64,000 nt of DNA from Vicugna vicugna (Eukaryota), in assembly GCA_013265495.1 (NCBI GenBank), contig MU057887.1, positions 4,057,668 through 4,121,667 of the forward strand. Reading direction: 5' to 3'. Position 1 is the stretch's first letter. Each line of letters begins with the position of its first letter. The notes below the pieces were generated by a model, which was not told the DNA's origin, ran no database searches, and was given only the letters and a program-made list of their open reading frames with translations. The translations under genes and the position numbers were made by a program. Positions 59,792 through 64,000 of this stretch are shown here, piece by piece.

Positions 59792-62700
59792 CATTTTTGT
59801 CTTTTCCGTTTTTTTCTTGGTCAGTCTAGCTAAAAGTTTGTTAATTTTGTTGATCTTTGCAAAGAAACAACTTTGGTTTCATTGATTATATATATTTTTT
59901 AATTCTACATGATTTGTAGAGTCAATGTTCGTTTAGATTCACTCACTTTCTTACCATTCTCACTGCTGTGGTTGCCCATCTGTTGTTACATCAGTCTTAA
60001 TCCTTTCATCTGGTATGATTTTCTTTATGCTGAAATACATAGTTTAGAATTTCCTTTAGTGAAGATTCTTAGTGTTTGTCTGAAAATGTTTTTATGTTGC
60101 CTCATTTTTGAAAGATACTTGTTTTAAGTATAGAATTTTAGGTTGGCAATTATTGTCTTTCAGCGCATCGGAAGTTTCATTGCGTCATCTTCTGGCCTCC
60201 ATTTTTTTTTGTCATTGAGAAGTCAGCTGTAAGGCTGTCTTTCCTTTTAGGTAACCTGCCTTTTTCTGTGGTTGCTTTGATTTTCTGTCTTTTGTGATTT
60301 CTGTGCTTCACTTGTTTTGTGTCTTGGTATTCATTTCCTTTTATTTCTGCTTGAGATGCATTGAGTCTTTTGAATCTCTGAATTGTAATTCATCAGTTGT
60401 CATCTTTATGACATTAAGTTTTCCAATCCCTGAATGTTGTAAATTGTGGCATCAACTTAGAACTAAAAAAATTTAAACTTACATTTGAGCTGAATTTAGT
60501 AACTGGTCTCAAGATTTAGGCAGTGACTATTCTTGGAATAGAGGTGACTCTTCATTATACTTTCTTTCTTCTCTCTCCCTTTTTATACTTTGTCATTATT
60601 TAAATATTTTATTTTATGCCTCTTCTAAGACTCCCTGTTAATAGTTGTATTGAGCTTTTCAGCCACATTATTAATAACTATTTAAATTCATTTTCAATAC
60701 CACACTTTAAAGTCATGAGCATGTTTTCCTAATCATTCCCATATTGTTGAATGCTTACATGTTCTAATTTTTTTCCATTATAAATCATATTGCATTGTCC
60801 TTTTTAAAAACGTTTTTGCATAAGCCTTTTCCCACGTCAGCCAGATTCCTTAAGCGGTATTCCCTGTTGGATGTAATTATTAAATCTGAGATTTATATTT
60901 TTTAAGCCTTAAACATTATTCTAGATTTGTTAACATATATATAAAAATAATATATGCTTTTAGCATAAATATGATTATATATTATAGTCCTTGTTTTATA
61001 TCATTTCTGATTATGTATTTCCTACCTTTAAAAAATTCCAATAGAGAAACTCTACATTAGGCGGGGTTTACTGCTGTCTATCGTCTTATTTATGTCAGCT
61101 GTTCACTTGTATTTAGCATTCCACGTGGAATTACGTCTTCATTTCACTAGGCTTTTCCTCCAGTATATGTTTCAGGAAGGGCACAGTGGGGGCCAGGGTA
61201 CCACCCAGCTTTGTTGGGGCTCAGTGACCAGGCAGTGGGGGTTCTTTTTCTTGTGGGTGCTGCAGTGGACCAGCTCATATGTGGGTGGATTTCCCCACCT
61301 CCCAGGCCCCCAGTGTCCATTGGTGTTGGCTGCTGGCAGGCAGGTGACTGCCTCCACTCCTGCTCTGCCTGTGTTGTCTCTGAGGAAACAGGATCTTCAG
61401 GTACATAGGCACAGGTCCCTCTCTCTTCCTTGTATAGACTGGAACAGGATTCCTGCCTCAGCAGGCAATTGGAAAAGGAGCTCTAAGGAGGCCACTAAAG
61501 TTTGGACGTTCCCGGGACCCACTTTCTTGATTTTAATTTTTACCTCGATGGGAATTTGTGATATTTATGCCATCATAGCATAACCAGGACAATTACTTAT
61601 GTCTCACAGTTTCCGTGGGTGATCCTGTGTGCTTCTGAAGTTCTGTCACCTTTCCAGCAGTGCCACATTTTTACTCTCTCTGGAAAGTTAAGACGGCAGA
61701 AGTCCCACTATTTCAGGAGGTAACATGTCTCTAGTCACCTTCCCAGTAGTGAGTTTCTCCATGCAGGGCTGAGGTTGCCCTCAGTCTGGGTTTTGACAAG
61801 GTAAGGTGTTTTCTCTCCGTAGAGAAGGGGACTAGACCCTTCCTTGGTCACCTGTGTGTCTCTAGGACCCATCACGGTCCTTGCATCTTGTGAAGCTGGT
61901 TATGGTGATCTCCCCACCAAGATGTCCTAAGCTATCTCAAGTGGACCCTTCTGCTCTCTGACAGCAGCCTGGCACTCAGACAGGTGATGCTGCAGGGAGA
62001 CACATGGCCAATGGGGAGGTGCATCTCCATCCTCTCAAGGTCTTTGGATCCCAAACTTAACCAGGAGGCAGAGCCTGGGACAGGGACAGAATCAGGGCAG
62101 CGTCCAGAAAGCTGGCCTCCAGCTTGAGGTCCACCTTAAGGCAGGGCCCCTTACATCCTTTACTGCCATCTGATACACTGGGCAGGGGGTGTTGGGAGGA
62201 GCAGGTAGGCGAGATACCTGAGGATAAGCAGAGCCCAGGCTGGGAGCCAGGGGTGTGCCTTGGCCAGCCTGCTGCCTGAGTCAGGGAGCATCTGTGCCCC
62301 AGAAGAAGAAACAAGCATGTGTTGTGGGGGGCCTGCCTCTGTCCCAGGAACTCCAGGCTCTTTTTCATGTCTGGGCCCTATCTGGCATCTGTCCCAAGAC
62401 TGACTTACTCCTCAGCTTAAGTGAGAAGAAGATGCAGGAGACACGGCTTGTCCCTGGGAAACCAAGCACTGAGAGGAGGCCAGGCGTATGCACCCCCAGA
62501 AGCATCTGCACACAGGCCTGGAGGGGCCCGAGTCCTGGCGAGGAGGGGTTTGGATGAGGGAAGGCCGAGAACTGAGATATCTGAGACGCCCAGGATGACT
62601 CCCAGGCTTTCCACAGGGCCCAGTGATGGCAATGGGAGCCGGTGTGAGTGGCACCTGGCAGTCAAGACTTTCCAGAGGGCACAGGGGGAGGCCCAAGAGG

Positions 62701-63602
62701 CCAGGCCAATGAGGAGGGAAAAACAACTTTTGGATTTTCTTTATTTCGTTCATTTTTTACTCTTGATATCTCTGCTGAACTCGGGGTAAGAAGGTCCAGA
62801 GGCTGCTGGACGAGGGTGTGGGAGGCTCAGCCTTGGCCTCTCGGGCTCTGCTGTGGACCCTGGGAGGGAACAGTGCTAGCCTCCACTTCACACGTGTGGT
62901 GACGGGAGGGCACAACTTCCTCAGCAGCCCATCCCTGTGCTGGGCAGGACCGATGCCCCTGACCCCTGCGCTCCCTCCTCAGGGAGACCAGCCCCCTCCT
63001 CTCCTGTTAGCTCACAGTGGAATGGTCTTCTCAGGTTTCTGGTAATTTCATCAGGGCTGCATCATGTTGCTGAAACTACAGATAACATCTTCCTGTGGGT
63101 AACTCTTCCCTGCCAGAGCCCCCTGAGGCTGGACCCAAGCTCAGAGGAGGGACACGGTGGGTGGGGGACAAGCTTGGTGGTGTGAGGTCTGTTAGGCAGA
63201 AGCCAGTTGGCTGGGATGCCCGAACAGTGTTGAGAAACACTGCCATTTGCCACTAGAACCTACGGAAAAAGAGAAGGGGCAGGAGCTTGGTGGGGGGCCT
63301 GAGCTCCTGGAGCTGCTGTCGACTGTGTTGTCTCCTGACACCTCCAGCGGGGGGCCTCCTGACAAACCCCCAAGCCCAGGCACAGACACAGAGACCCACC
63401 CCTCCCAGAACAGCAGAGCACTGCCCCAGCCCAGGTCCACCTTAACTGGGCAGCCCTCTGGGCGGGGCAGGGTGCGTCACTGATGCCATCTGCATGGAAA
63501 GAGCCCCGGTGGCGCCCAGGCCTGAATCAGGAGTGGTGCATGCAGAGCTCCCGGCCTCCAGTCTCTTGCCTGGCTCCTCACGCTGGATCTGCGGCCCAGA
63601 CC

Positions 63603-64000
63603 ATGATCCAGGGCGCCTCAGAGGCTGACGGCCCCAGCTGGGGCTGGGACGGGGACGGGGACGACGACTGGGATGGCGCCGTGCTGACCCTGCTGGCGCT
63701 GGCTGTGGTGGCCGCCACCGCACTGGCCTTGCACTGGTTTGGCTCTGGGCAGGACCAGGAGGCAGCAGGACCAGCGTCCACAGCCCCTCGGACCCAGACT
63801 TCTCAGGTGGGAGGAACTGGGCCAGCCCTGCCCCCAAAGTCCAAGGTCAGTGGTGGCATCAAGGGGCCCAGCTCAGGGCAGGGGAAGTCAGAGCCTCCAG
63901 GATGTGGCCAGGGGAGCCTGGCGGCAGCAGAGACACAAAATCAGGAACTCCTGGGAGGTAGAGGTCTGGCTGCCACAGCCGCACCTCCACCCAACACACG
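63603..64000 (+). CDS. KLHDC7B: Kelch domain-containing protein 7B, N-terminal part (runs off the window)
   Basis: accATG opens MIQGASEADGPSWGWDGDGDDDWDGAVLTLLALAVVAATALALHWFGSGQDQE..., with no stop to the window end. Matches the long KLHDC7B N-terminus as I recall it and fits synteny. Confidence 0.88.
   Translation, partial: MIQGASEADGPSWGWDGDGDDDWDGAVLTLLALAVVAATALALHWFGSGQDQEAAGPASTAPRTQTSQVGGTGPALPPKSKVSGGIKGPSSGQGKSEPPGCGQGSLAAAETQNQELLGGRGLAATAAPPPNT

Overview
This is mammalian genomic DNA syntenic with human 22q13.33. It is probably from a camelid, judging by several tRNA-Ala-derived Vic-1-like SINEs; I saw no clear ruminant or suid SINEs. Gene order: SBF1 exon 1 (-), ADM2 (+, 2 coding exons), MIOX (+, 10 exons), LMF2 (-, 14 exons) head-to-head with NCAPH2 (+, 20 exons), SCO2 (-), a decayed TYMP unitary pseudogene (-), ODF3B/CIMAP1B (-, 6 coding exons), a repeat-rich interval (L1, Tigger, SINEs, one retroposed insert) and the 5' end of KLHDC7B (+). 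All genes other than TYMP splice into open frames close to the expected length. The main result is that thymidine phosphorylase is destroyed by frameshifts, deletions and a mutated splice donor, while its flanks keep promoter-like sequence, including the SCO2 promoter. Gene identities rest on my recall of the human proteins and on synteny, not on a database search. I found no prokaryotic-type systems and no convincing novel protein-coding gene.
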